From an uncultured Acidobacteriota bacterium (GTDB lineage Bacteria; Acidobacteriota; Terriglobia; Terriglobales; Acidobacteriaceae), in contig CAVXXV010000004.1 of assembly GCA_963765755.1 (NCBI GenBank), forward strand, positions 259,036 to 323,035: a stretch of DNA of 64,000 nt, in the 5' to 3' direction. This document shows positions 44,310-53,627 of this stretch, in pieces; position 1 is the first letter of the stretch; every line of letters begins with the position of its first letter. The translations under genes were made by a program, and so were the position numbers. The notes under the pieces are model-generated. The model was not told the DNA's origin. It searched no databases and worked only from the letters and a program-made list of their open reading frames with translations.

Positions 44310-44780
44310 ATGTCAACCAAAACCCGCGGCCGCGGTCACGACACCCGCTATGTACGCCTGCAGAAAAATTATTGCTTCGCCTGCGGCAAGAACAATCCCG
44401 AAGGCATGCGCCTGAAATTCACTTACGACGAAGAGCGCGACTGTTTTGTCTGCCGCTTCCGCCTTGGCAAACGCTTCACGGGGCCGCCCGGCCATTGTCA
44501 CGGCGGAATTATCGCGACCATTCTCGACGAAGCCATGGGCAAGGTGAACAAGCTGCGACACGTGATCGCGCTCACATCTGAAATCACAGTGAACTATTTG
44601 AAGCCAGTCCCGCTGAACAAGCCGCTGCGTGTGGAATCCCGCGAAGTGAAAGTGCAAGGCCGCAAGCACATCAATATGGCTGAGATTCTGAATCAGAAAG
44701 GCGAGCCCCTCGCCCGCAGCAAAGGCCTCTTCATAGCGATCGACCCGAAAAAGATGTTCGCGAAGTACGTCGACAAATAG
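44310..44780 (+). CDS. PaaI-family hotdog-fold thioesterase
   Basis: CFACGKNNPEGMRLKF and GHCHGGIIATILDEAMG. The ATG at 44310 is preferred. Confidence 0.8.
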   Translation: MSTKTRGRGHDTRYVRLQKNYCFACGKNNPEGMRLKFTYDEERDCFVCRFRLGKRFTGPPGHCHGGIIATILDEAMGKVNKLRHVIALTSEITVNYLKPVPLNKPLRVESREVKVQGRKHINMAEILNQKGEPLARSKGLFIAIDPKKMFAKYVDK

Positions 44781-44834
44781 TCAGTGGACGGCGAGAGCAC
44801 CCGCCAATTGATACCCAAACCCGCTCCCAAAAAC

Positions 44835-46301
44835 TCACCCCAACACCCGCGCCAACTCCTCTACCCCGCGCCTCAGCTCCCGCGGATCTACCGCCGCAAA
44901 TCCCAATACCAGGCCCTCGCGTCTCGAACGCCCCGACGCGTACACGTCCAACGGAACGACCTCCACCTGCCGACCCGCGGCCAACTCCGCCACCCGCCGA
45001 GCCCGCAACCCGCGGCGCAGCCAGCCCACCGTCTGCAGTCCGGCCTCTACGCTGGAAATCTCCAGAGAATCCGCAAGCTTGGTCTTTGCGCTCTCCAACA
45101 AGACTTGCAGCCGCTCCGCATAGATCTCGCGCATTCGCCGAATGTGCCGTGCGAAATGCCCTTCCGTGATGAAGTCGCACAGGACCGCTTGCTCGAGAAG
45201 AGGAGGATGATGTGTACTCACCGATTCTGCCGCCGCGAACACGTCGACCATCTCCGGAGGAACGACCAGGTACCCAAGACGCAGGGCAGGGAACAGCACT
45301 GCGCTAAAGCTGCCCGCAAAAATGACTACGCCCGACCGATCAAGCCCCTGCATCGCCGGAATCGGCCGCCCTGAGTAGCGATACTCGCTGTCGTAATCAT
45401 CCTCGAAAATCAGCGTTCCCGAACGTCGCGCCCACTCGAGCAGTGCGAGCCGCCGGCGCAGGCTCATGGTTACGCCGAGAGGGAACTGGTGACCGGGCGT
45501 CACGTAAACGAGCCGCGGCGAGCTCCACTTCTTGCGACCGCTCTCGAGTGCGAGCCCTTCTGCATCAACCGGCACGCGGCGAATACTCGCCCCCAGCGCA
45601 CGGAAAACGACGCCGGCCCCGGGATAACCTGGCTCCTCCATCCAGACCGACTCTCCGGGATTCAGCAAGATGCGCGCCGTGCGATCGAGCGCTTCCTGCG
45701 CGCCCGAGAGAATCAACACCTGGTCCGCCGTGCACTTCACACCTCGCGACGAGTTCAGGTACGCCGCGACCGCCTCCCGCAGCGGTCGGTAGCCCAGCGC
45801 CTCTCCGCCTGCCAGCAGACTGGCCGATACGCGACGCAAGCGCCGTGCCGCCACCTGCGCCCACAAATCTGTGGGAAATAAATCCAGAGCCGGCTGATTC
45901 GCGCGAAACGCCCGAATCGGGCGAGCGGCGGTCCCGCGGAAGGGCTGCAAACGCCGCGCGTAAGAAGACAACGCGATCCGCCGGTGCGGCAGCCTTTTTT
46001 CCAGATGAGGTCCGCGAACATCCAGCAGGTGCTCGGGCAGCACCTGGCTCACATACGTACCCGATCCCGACCGCCCCTCGACGTACCCTTCCGACTTCAG
46101 CTGATCAAACGCCGTGACGATGGTCGCCCGCGAAAGCCGGTAAGCGGATGCCAGATCGCGCGTAGCCGGCAGCCGAAACCCCGGCTTGAGCCGTCCGTCG
46201 AGGATCGCGGAACGTAGTTCTCCGTATAGCCAGCGATAAAGATTCCCCCGCGCCGGCGGGGCCGGCAGGCTCAACGGAAACGCAGTAATCTCGCGGGCCA
46301 T
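44835..46301 (-). CDS. pdxR: MocR/GabR-type GntR-family regulator with aminotransferase-like domain (PdxR-like)
   Basis: N-terminal wHTH (LPATRDLASAYRLSRATIVTAFDQL) plus a fold-type-I domain (FEDDYDSEYRY, GSFSAVLFPALRLGY). Divergent from pdxS-pdxT. Confidence 0.8.
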   Translation of the reverse strand: MAREITAFPLSLPAPPARGNLYRWLYGELRSAILDGRLKPGFRLPATRDLASAYRLSRATIVTAFDQLKSEGYVEGRSGSGTYVSQVLPEHLLDVRGPHLEKRLPHRRIALSSYARRLQPFRGTAARPIRAFRANQPALDLFPTDLWAQVAARRLRRVSASLLAGGEALGYRPLREAVAAYLNSSRGVKCTADQVLILSGAQEALDRTARILLNPGESVWMEEPGYPGAGVVFRALGASIRRVPVDAEGLALESGRKKWSSPRLVYVTPGHQFPLGVTMSLRRRLALLEWARRSGTLIFEDDYDSEYRYSGRPIPAMQGLDRSGVVIFAGSFSAVLFPALRLGYLVVPPEMVDVFAAAESVSTHHPPLLEQAVLCDFITEGHFARHIRRMREIYAERLQVLLESAKTKLADSLEISSVEAGLQTVGWLRRGLRARRVAELAAGRQVEVVPLDVYASGRSRREGLVLGFAAVDPRELRRGVEELARVLG

Positions 46302-46528
46302 AAGAGTGGTATGGAAAGAATACCGTAAATGGATGGTCTAACAATACCAATCTTGAGATAGGCTATTTCTAAATGTATCCTGGCAGTCTCACGCAGTAAG
46401 CTGCCGAGAGCGAGTGCGCGAGCACGCCGGGAAGGGCACGAGTTTACTCGTGCTGCAACGATTGGGTTTGCGTAGCGCTTCAGCGCCTGAGGTGAGCTTC
46501 ACCTCGCGCCACATTTTGTGATGAAAGG

Positions 46529-47470
46529 TTGACTCCCATGGCAGACACGAACGGATCCCGCAACGGCCACTCCACCAGCCTCCGCCTGAAAACCGGCCTC
46601 GCCGAAATGCTGAAGGGCGGCGTCATCATGGACGTCACCGACGCCAAGCAAGCCGAAATCGCGGAGCGCGCCGGAGCGGTCGCGGTCATGGCGCTCGAGC
46701 GCGTGCCCGCCCAGATTCGTGCCGAGGGCGGCGTAGCTCGCATGGCATCGCCGAAAAAGATTCGCGAGATCATGGCCACCGTGTCGATCCCGGTCATGGC
46801 GAAGTGTCGCATCGGCCACTTCGCCGAGGCACAGATCCTCGAAGAACTGGGCGTCGACTACATCGACGAGTCCGAAGTGCTGACGCCGGCCGACGAAGCC
46901 CATCACGTCGATAAGCACGCCTTCAAAGTCCCGTTCGTCTGCGGTGCGCGCAACCTGGGCGAAGCTCTGCGCCGTATTGCGGAAGGCGCGGCCATGATCC
47001 GCACCAAGGGCGAAGCGGGTACCGGCGACGTCGTGCACGCCGTCAAGCACATTCGCCAGATTGTTCAGGAAATGAAAATCCTGACTGTGCTGGGCGAAGA
47101 AGAGTTGTACGCCAAAGCAAAGGAACATGGCGCGCCCTACGAACTGATCCGTATGGTCGCGAAAGAAGGGAAGCTGCCTGTGCCGAATTTCTCCGCCGGC
47201 GGTATCGCCACACCAGCCGACGCGTCGCTGGTCATGCAGCTGGGGGCGGAGGCCGTTTTCGTGGGCTCCGGTATCTTCATGAAGAACTCCACCGAGTTCG
47301 CCGACCCGGTCGAAGCCGAGAAGCGCGCCAAGGCCATCGTCCGCGCCGCCACCCACTATCAGGACCCTAAAGTATTACTTGAAGTCAGCGAAGACCTGGT
47401 GGGCGCGATGAAGGGCCTCGCTGTATCAGGCTTGGACGAAGCTCATATGCTACAGACGAGGGGCTGGTAG
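46529..47470 (+). CDS. pdxS: Pyridoxal 5'-phosphate synthase lyase subunit PdxS
   Basis: [23 protein letters not shown] and TKGEAGTG are highly conserved PdxS motifs. The start may be Met4 at 46538. Confidence 0.97.
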   Translation: MTPMADTNGSRNGHSTSLRLKTGLAEMLKGGVIMDVTDAKQAEIAERAGAVAVMALERVPAQIRAEGGVARMASPKKIREIMATVSIPVMAKCRIGHFAEAQILEELGVDYIDESEVLTPADEAHHVDKHAFKVPFVCGARNLGEALRRIAEGAAMIRTKGEAGTGDVVHAVKHIRQIVQEMKILTVLGEEELYAKAKEHGAPYELIRMVAKEGKLPVPNFSAGGIATPADASLVMQLGAEAVFVGSGIFMKNSTEFADPVEAEKRAKAIVRAATHYQDPKVLLEVSEDLVGAMKGLAVSGLDEAHMLQTRGW

Positions 47471-47556
47471 TACAGAGCTCTCTCAGCTTTCAGCCGTCCA
47501 GCTCTCAGCTGGAATTTGAGATGCTGACGGCTGTCAGCTGGAGGCCGAAAGCTCCT

Positions 47557-48117
47557 ATGACTATCGGCGTTCTAGCCATCCAGGGCGATTTCGACGCCCA
47601 CAAGAAACGGCTCGAAGAGCTGGGAGCCGACGTAATCCTCGTCCGCAAGCCCGAGCAATTCGACCAGATTGACGGCCTGGTGATCCCGGGCGGCGAGTCC
47701 GGCGCGTTCCTGAAAATTCTTGGCGCGCAGGGTTTCGCAAAGCTCAAGGAATTCGTCCGTGTGAAGCCCACCTTCGGCACCTGCGCGGGCGCCATCATGC
47801 TCGCCAAGGAAGTCACCAACCCGCCTCAGCCCGGCCTGGGCGCGCTCGACATCCGGATCCGCCGCAACGCCTACGGACGCCAAGTCGATAGCTCGATTCG
47901 TACCGGAATGCTCGGCGAGTCTCCGTTGGAAATGGTGTTCATCCGCGCGCCGAAGATCGAGCATTTGGGCCCGGGCGTGCAAGTGATGGCTACGGAAGGC
48001 AACGATCCGGTAGTCGTACGAGAAGGAAAGACCATGGCCGCCACGTTCCACCCCGAGCTCAGCGAGGATACTCGCGTCCATCAAGCCTTCCTCGATCTGG
48101 TCAATAACGGAGCATAG
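47557..48117 (+). CDS. pdxT: Pyridoxal 5'-phosphate synthase glutaminase subunit PdxT
   Basis: MTIGVLAIQGDF, GTCAGAIML, FHPEL. The ATG at 47557 is preferred over the track start. Confidence 0.95.
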   Translation: MTIGVLAIQGDFDAHKKRLEELGADVILVRKPEQFDQIDGLVIPGGESGAFLKILGAQGFAKLKEFVRVKPTFGTCAGAIMLAKEVTNPPQPGLGALDIRIRRNAYGRQVDSSIRTGMLGESPLEMVFIRAPKIEHLGPGVQVMATEGNDPVVVREGKTMAATFHPELSEDTRVHQAFLDLVNNGA

Positions 48118-48119
48118 AT

Positions 48120-48350
48120 ATGTTCCCCATGGCGGGCTTGCTGCTAATCTTTATTCCCGCCGGGGGCCTTCTCCTGGCTCTCTTGCTGTGCTTTGTAAAA
48201 GAGCTACGCTTCCTGGCAACATTCGCCTTTTTCGTTCCCCTGGTCGGTGCCTATTCCGCCTTTGCTGGTTTCTGGGCGTTCGGCATCGCCATCGAACGCG
48301 CGGGCCTTAACGCTGGGTGGTTGCACTTTCCTGCTGGCTTGGTTTGTTAG
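48120..48350 (+). CDS. Possible small two-TM membrane protein
   Basis: A hydrophobic 76-aa ORF 2 nt after pdxT. No homology recognised. Confidence 0.3.
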   Translation: MFPMAGLLLIFIPAGGLLLALLLCFVKELRFLATFAFFVPLVGAYSAFAGFWAFGIAIERAGLNAGWLHFPAGLVC

Positions 48351-48456
48351 GTGGCGGCGCCATTGGAAGTGTCCTCGGTTTGGGCATCGCTTTTGGACTC
48401 GGTCGCGTAGGCCGTCACCTGCTGCTCATCTACCCCAGAAAATAATTTCGCTCCCC

Positions 48457-48485
48457 CTTGACATCCTCTTCATGTAACCGTACAG
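48457..48485 (+). promoter_or_regulatory. Sigma-70-type promoter candidate of the ArsR-family gene
   Basis: TTGACA-17 nt-TACAGT. The -10 element ends 9 nt before the ATG, implying a leaderless or near-leaderless mRNA. It overlaps the palindrome GTAACCGTACAGTTAC (48473-48488). Confidence 0.45.
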
Positions 48486-48494
48486 TTACGCATT

Positions 48495-48911
48495 ATGCGG
48501 AACCAAACGGTTACGTATTCTCCGGAAGCCACTTTCAGCGCCCTGGCCGATCCGACCCGCCGGGCCGTGCTCGACCTGTTGCGCAAAGGCCGCCAGCCGG
48601 CCGGACAGATAGCCCAGGCATTTCCGATCTCCCGGCCTGCCATTTCGAAGCACCTGCGTCTTCTACGGCGCGCACACCTGGTCAACGAGCATCGCGAAGG
48701 CCGCAACCGCTTTTATCACCTCAATCCCGAGCCCCTGCGCGCGGTGGATTCATGGCTGGAGCAATACCGCAGCTTCTGGTCGACGAGTTTGGCGAGCCTG
48801 AAGACCTTTGTGGAAGCGGAATATGCGAAGGAAATCGCCGCCGCTCCAGTGAAGGCCTCTGCGCATCGCGCACACAGAAAGGTCAAACAAAAACGGAAAA
48901 AAATGGAATAA
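48495..48911 (+). CDS. ArsR/SmtB-family transcriptional regulator (Cys-free)
   Basis: ALADPTRRAVLDLL...ISRPAISKHLRLLRRAHLV...REGRNRFY. The protein contains no cysteine. Confidence 0.85.
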   Translation: MRNQTVTYSPEATFSALADPTRRAVLDLLRKGRQPAGQIAQAFPISRPAISKHLRLLRRAHLVNEHREGRNRFYHLNPEPLRAVDSWLEQYRSFWSTSLASLKTFVEAEYAKEIAAAPVKASAHRAHRKVKQKRKKME

Positions 48912-48978
48912 AGCAAAGCGGGCCAGCAAGGTTGAGCCCGGCTTTCAAATTCAAAAAAAAATAAGGAGCTATCCAGAA

Positions 48979-49473
48979 ATGAATCACCTACGCATCGCCG
49001 CCTCGCTGTTATTGCTCATGATCACTCCGGTCTTCGCCCAATCCGACGCCAAGTCGACTTTCGAACATCTGAAGTCGCTGAACGGCAGCTGGGAAGGGAA
49101 GGCCAACAACGGAAAACCCGTGAGGCTAGTCTTCCGTTCTACCTCGGGCGGATCTGCCCTGGTGAGCGAGATCATGGGTGATGAAGACATGATCAGCGTG
49201 TTTCACATGGACAATGATCGCATCCTCATGACGCATTACTGTGCGGCCGGAAACCAGCCGCGCATGCAGGCCAGTTCCTCGCCCGATGGCAAGACCGTAA
49301 CGTTTACCTTCGTGGACGGCACCAACCTGTCCAGCCCCAAGGCGGGCCACATGAACTCGCTGGTCATCGGCATTCCCGACGCCGACCATCACACCGAGGA
49401 CTGGACGTTCGTACAGGACGGCAAAGAAACCAAGGAACATTTCGAAGTGGTGCGCACTAAGGCTGCGATGTAA
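48979..49473 (+). CDS. Secreted hypothetical protein
   Basis: Good RBS (AAGGAG) and signal peptide LLLLMITPVFAQ. The family is not securely recognised. Confidence 0.55.
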   Translation: MNHLRIAASLLLLMITPVFAQSDAKSTFEHLKSLNGSWEGKANNGKPVRLVFRSTSGGSALVSEIMGDEDMISVFHMDNDRILMTHYCAAGNQPRMQASSSPDGKTVTFTFVDGTNLSSPKAGHMNSLVIGIPDADHHTEDWTFVQDGKETKEHFEVVRTKAAM

Positions 49474-49498
49474 TCGCAGCGCATTCGAGGACTTCCTC

Positions 49499-49960
49499 AT
49501 GGCCAAGGCAATCATCACCCCCGACCGGGATGCGGTGGTCTCGGAAATCGAGATCGCCGCTCCACCCGAGCGAGTATTCCAGGCGCTCATCACTCGCGAG
49601 CAGGCGTTGCAGTGGGGCGCCAACGAGGCCTTTCCGATGACTCGCTGGGAACTCGAACCGCGTGTTGGCGGCAGCTGGCGATTCACGTCGCACGAAACCG
49701 CTACTGCGACGGACTATGACCATCACGGCAAGATCGTCGAATTCGATCCGCCACGGACGATGGCCTATACCTGGCACGCGAACTTTCATAAAGACCCATC
49801 GCACCCTACCCTGGTGCGCTGGGAACTGACGCCGACCGCGACCGGGACGCGCGTGAAAGTCACGCATAGCGGTCTCGCCAACATGACGGATGAGCGCAAC
49901 GCCTACCGTCAGGGTTGGCCCGGGTTGCTGGACGCTCTCAAAATACTCTTGGAGAAGTAG
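49499..49960 (+). CDS. SRPBCC-superfamily protein (AHSA1/Aha1-like), paralogue 1
   Basis: EIAAPPERVFQAL...VRWELTPTATGTRVKVTHSGL...GWPGLLDAL. Confidence 0.8.
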   Translation: MAKAIITPDRDAVVSEIEIAAPPERVFQALITREQALQWGANEAFPMTRWELEPRVGGSWRFTSHETATATDYDHHGKIVEFDPPRTMAYTWHANFHKDPSHPTLVRWELTPTATGTRVKVTHSGLANMTDERNAYRQGWPGLLDALKILLEK

Positions 49961-49972
49961 TGGAGGAATGTT

Positions 49973-50446
49973 GTGGCCTCAACTGTGATTACACCCAACC
50001 AGGACACACTGGTCAGCGAAATTTACGTCGCCGCGCCGGCTACCCGCATTTTTCAAGCCCTTGTCGATTCGTCGCAGGTCCTGCAATGGTGGACCGGCGA
50101 CGACTGCCAGATCGAGTCTTTCTCAATTGAGCCGCGTGAAGGCGGCCGCTGGACCTATGACACCAAGCCGACCAAGCTCAACATCAACGGCATCAGCAAA
50201 TTTCATTGCGACGGCGAAGTCCTCGAGTACGATCCGCCTCGCGTGCTCAGCTACACCTGGATCGCTAACTGGCACGATCGCCCGACGCAACGCACCGTCG
50301 TCCGCTGGGAACTGGCGGCGAGCAAGGGAGGCACCCTCGTTCGCGTCACGCACAGCGGCCTGGCTCAACTGCCCGTCGCGCGCAAGGACTACTCCGGCGG
50401 ATGGCCCGGTGTCCTGCGGGACCTCAAGAAGTTTGTGGAGAAATAG
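49973..50446 (+). CDS. SRPBCC-superfamily protein (AHSA1/Aha1-like), paralogue 2
   Basis: GTG start 6 nt after GGAGG. VRWELAASKGGTLVRVTHSGL...GWPGVLRDL. Confidence 0.8.
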   Translation: MASTVITPNQDTLVSEIYVAAPATRIFQALVDSSQVLQWWTGDDCQIESFSIEPREGGRWTYDTKPTKLNINGISKFHCDGEVLEYDPPRVLSYTWIANWHDRPTQRTVVRWELAASKGGTLVRVTHSGLAQLPVARKDYSGGWPGVLRDLKKFVEK

Positions 50447-50459
50447 AAAGGATCGCTCT

Positions 50460-50996
50460 ATGGCAACCGTCGCCCTCACTCCCGACCATGACACCATCGA
50501 AGCCGAAATCTTCGTGGCTGCGCCGCCCGAACGAGTTTTTCAGGCAATCACCGACCCCAGCCAGATGCCACGCTGGTGGGGACAAGCCGGCATGTACCGC
50601 ATCACCGAGTGCCAAGCCGACCTTCGTCCCGGCGGAAAGTGGCACAGCATCGGGGTCGGCGCCGACGGCACCTCGTTCCGTGTGCACGGCGAATACCTTG
50701 AGGTCGATCCACCACGCCTGCTCGTCCACACCTGGACGGCCAGCTTCAGCGATACTGCCGGTACGGTGGTGCGCTGGGAACTCGAGGCACGTCCGGTTCA
50801 CAACCTGCAAGCGCAGGGGCCTCACAAAGCTGGCACTGGCACGGCTGTTCGGTTGCGCCACTCTGGCTTCGCCGGAGACGAGAAGGCTTGCAAGGATCAC
50901 GGTGAGGGCTGGAAGCGCGTGCTGGTCTGGATGCAAGCCTTTGCCGAGGCCGGCGAGACGATTGACACACGCGAGCCCCTGCAGTCAGCTGGTTGA
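50460..50996 (+). CDS. SRPBCC-superfamily protein (AHSA1/Aha1-like), paralogue 3
   Basis: The ATG at 50460 gives MATVALTPDHDTIEAEIFVAAPPERVFQAI. The longer track ORF from 50061 overlaps paralogue 2 in another frame. Confidence 0.8.
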   Translation: MATVALTPDHDTIEAEIFVAAPPERVFQAITDPSQMPRWWGQAGMYRITECQADLRPGGKWHSIGVGADGTSFRVHGEYLEVDPPRLLVHTWTASFSDTAGTVVRWELEARPVHNLQAQGPHKAGTGTAVRLRHSGFAGDEKACKDHGEGWKRVLVWMQAFAEAGETIDTREPLQSAG

Positions 50997-51026
50997 CCCG
51001 CGCGATGACGTGGGATCAGGAGCCGG

Positions 51027-51569
51027 CTACTTCACGCCCTTCTCCGGATCCCACGATCCCTGCAGCTTGCGGACGAAAACAATCTGGCCGATGTGGTACG
51101 CGTTGTGGGTTCCAATATGCGCGATGTCGGAATACCAGTTGGCCAGTTTCTTTTCGTCCGCGGCCTCCACTGCTTTCTCCCATTCCGCCATCACTTCGTC
51201 CAGCTGTTTCACAATGCTTGACCACTGCTTCGCGTCGAACTTGTCGAACGTCTCTTCGTTGTTCCCGCTGAACTTCGAGGGCTCGTCGCCTTTAAACTTC
51301 GTCAACTCGCGCTGGTTCCAGAACACCAGGTGATATGCAAGCTGTCCCACTGAATGGTTGCCGCTCCCATCCTTCCAGCTCGCCTGTTCGGGAGTCAGTC
51401 CGGCGACGGCGGTATTGGCATCCACGAACCAATCTTTCGTGTTATGCGTAGTGCGTAGCTGTTCGAGGAGAAGCGTCTTCATCGTGTAAGGTTTTGCTGG
51501 AGGCTTCTGCATCTGTGCCCCAGCGCTCAACGACAACGATAAAACGACCAGCACAATAGCTTTCTTCAT
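51027..51569 (-). CDS. DinB-superfamily protein, secreted
   Basis: Signal peptide MKKAIVLVVLSLSLSAGA, plus LAYHLVFWN and HNAYHIGQI His motifs. Confidence 0.75.
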   Translation of the reverse strand: MKKAIVLVVLSLSLSAGAQMQKPPAKPYTMKTLLLEQLRTTHNTKDWFVDANTAVAGLTPEQASWKDGSGNHSVGQLAYHLVFWNQRELTKFKGDEPSKFSGNNEETFDKFDAKQWSSIVKQLDEVMAEWEKAVEAADEKKLANWYSDIAHIGTHNAYHIGQIVFVRKLQGSWDPEKGVK

Positions 51570-51740
51570 GAAGGTCCTTTCTTGATCAGAATTTAAGAAC
51601 AAAAACTGAAGCTCGCCTTTTGGCGAAGCGGGACGAGCACGACTTTAGTCCTGCCGAACGCTGAAAACACAGGGGCCGAAGTCCTTTAGACGCGCACGCA
51701 CCCAAATTGCGAGCAAACCCTGCGATATACTGGACCCAGG

Positions 51741-53069
51741 ATGGCCGCAACTCCCGACAAGAAGTTCTACCTCGAAACCTTCGGATGCCAGATGAATGTC
51801 CATGACTCCGAGAAGGTCATTGGGACGCTCATTTCCGAGGGCTACCGCCAGGTCGAAACCGTCGAAGAGGCCGACCTCGTGCTCTATAACACATGCTCCA
51901 TTCGCGATAAAGCCGAACAGAAAGTCTTTCACCGTCTCGCCGACTACAAGAAATATCAAAAAGAAGGCAAGGTCTTCGGAGTGCTGGGCTGCGTCGCCCA
52001 GCAGGAAGGCGAAAAGATTTTCGAACGCGCCCCGCACGTTTCCATGGTGTGCGGCTCGGCCTCCTATCGCAATCTTTCGCAAATGCTAGTGCAAATCGAA
52101 GCCGGCAGCCGGCGTGTTACCGGCCTGGACGACCGCCAGACCGACGAGTGCTTCGAAACCGAATTCACCTCGCGCACCAATCCGCACCGCGGCTACATCA
52201 CGATCATCGAGGGCTGCGACAAGTTTTGTGCCTACTGCGTCGTCCCATTCACGCGAGGCAAGGAACGCAGCCGAACCTCGGACTCGGTCCTCGCCGAAGC
52301 CCGCCAGATGGCCGATCTCGGCTACACCGAAATTCAGTTACTCGGGCAGAACGTCAATTCCTACAAGGATCCGGCAGGGAAGAAGTCATTCGCCGAACTG
52401 CTCGCCTCGGTCGGCGAAGTCCCCGGCATTCGCCGAGTGCGTTTCACCACCTCGCACCCGCGCGACTTCGGTCGGGACATCGTCGATGTTATCGATACTG
52501 TTCCCACGCTCTGCGATCACATCCATCTGCCAGTGCAAAGCGGCTCGAACCGAGTGCTCGACGTCATGCAGCGCCTCTACACGCGCGAGCAATACCTCGA
52601 ACGCATTGCATGGATGAAATCGGCCCGTCGTGATATCAGCCTTACCACTGACATCATCGTCGGCTTCCCGGGCGAGACCGAAGCGGATTTCGAGCAAACC
52701 CTTAGCCTGCTTGAAACCGTCGAATACGACGGCGTGTTCTCTTTCAAATATTCACCGCGGCCCAACACTCCTGCTTTGCAACTCGACGACGCCATTGCCG
52801 ACGGGGAAAAAGCGCATCGCCTGGCCGTCCTGATGGAGCGTCAGCGTGACATTCAGAAGCGGCGTAACGAGCGCCACTTGGGTCAGAATCTTGAGGTGAT
52901 GGTTGAAGGCAGGAATGACGCGCGTCAACAATGGATCGGCCGCACCTCGCAGAATAAGACCGCCAACTTCACCGCGCCTGATGGTGCAAATCCAACCATC
53001 GGCACCTACGTGCCCGTGCTGATTACCAGCAGGTTTCCCAACAGTTTGCTGGGAGAATTGGTGATATAA
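51741..53069 (+). CDS. miaB: tRNA (N6-isopentenyl-A37) methylthiotransferase
   Basis: FYLETFGCQMN, radical-SAM CDKFCAYC, C-terminal TRAM domain. Confidence 0.95.
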   Translation: MAATPDKKFYLETFGCQMNVHDSEKVIGTLISEGYRQVETVEEADLVLYNTCSIRDKAEQKVFHRLADYKKYQKEGKVFGVLGCVAQQEGEKIFERAPHVSMVCGSASYRNLSQMLVQIEAGSRRVTGLDDRQTDECFETEFTSRTNPHRGYITIIEGCDKFCAYCVVPFTRGKERSRTSDSVLAEARQMADLGYTEIQLLGQNVNSYKDPAGKKSFAELLASVGEVPGIRRVRFTTSHPRDFGRDIVDVIDTVPTLCDHIHLPVQSGSNRVLDVMQRLYTREQYLERIAWMKSARRDISLTTDIIVGFPGETEADFEQTLSLLETVEYDGVFSFKYSPRPNTPALQLDDAIADGEKAHRLAVLMERQRDIQKRRNERHLGQNLEVMVEGRNDARQQWIGRTSQNKTANFTAPDGANPTIGTYVPVLITSRFPNSLLGELVI

Positions 53070-53141
53070 GGAGGGCAGTCGCGCTGGTGAAAGCTTGAAC
53101 GCAAAGCAGGTAGCCGGATTCACGACCCCAGGGGTTTCACG

Positions 53142-53627
53142 ATGGAAGTAGAAATGAAAATTCGCGGCCTCATGATGGATCCCGTTACGAATATGCCCAT
53201 CGTGATTCTCAAAGACATCGGCAGCGACACGGTTTTGCCCATCTGGGTAGGCGTCTACGAGGCCAATGCCATCGCCCTCGAGATCGAGAAGGTCACCACG
53301 CCCCGGCCCATGACGCATGACCTGATCAAGAACGTGCTGGTTGGACTCGAGTCTCAGGTCCGGAAAGTGGTCGTCACAGAGTTGCGCGACGATACCTTCT
53401 TCGCTGTTATCTGGGTGGAGCGCGACGGCCGCATCATCAGCATCGACTCCCGACCTTCGGATGCATTGGCGCTGGCCTTGCGCGTCGATTGCCCGATCTT
53501 TGTAGAGGACGACGTTCTCAAGTCTTCCAAAGTCGCGGCCAGCAACTCCGAGCGCCTGACCCCCGAAGACCTCCGCAAGATGCTCGAAGACCTCAACGAC
53601 GAGGACCTTGGGCGATACAAAATGTAG
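53142..53627 (+). CDS. Bifunctional nuclease family protein (DUF151/BFN)
   Basis: LPIWVGVYEANAIAL...RPMTHDL...DSRPSDALALALR. Confidence 0.8.
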   Translation: MEVEMKIRGLMMDPVTNMPIVILKDIGSDTVLPIWVGVYEANAIALEIEKVTTPRPMTHDLIKNVLVGLESQVRKVVVTELRDDTFFAVIWVERDGRIISIDSRPSDALALALRVDCPIFVEDDVLKSSKVAASNSERLTPEDLRKMLEDLNDEDLGRYKM

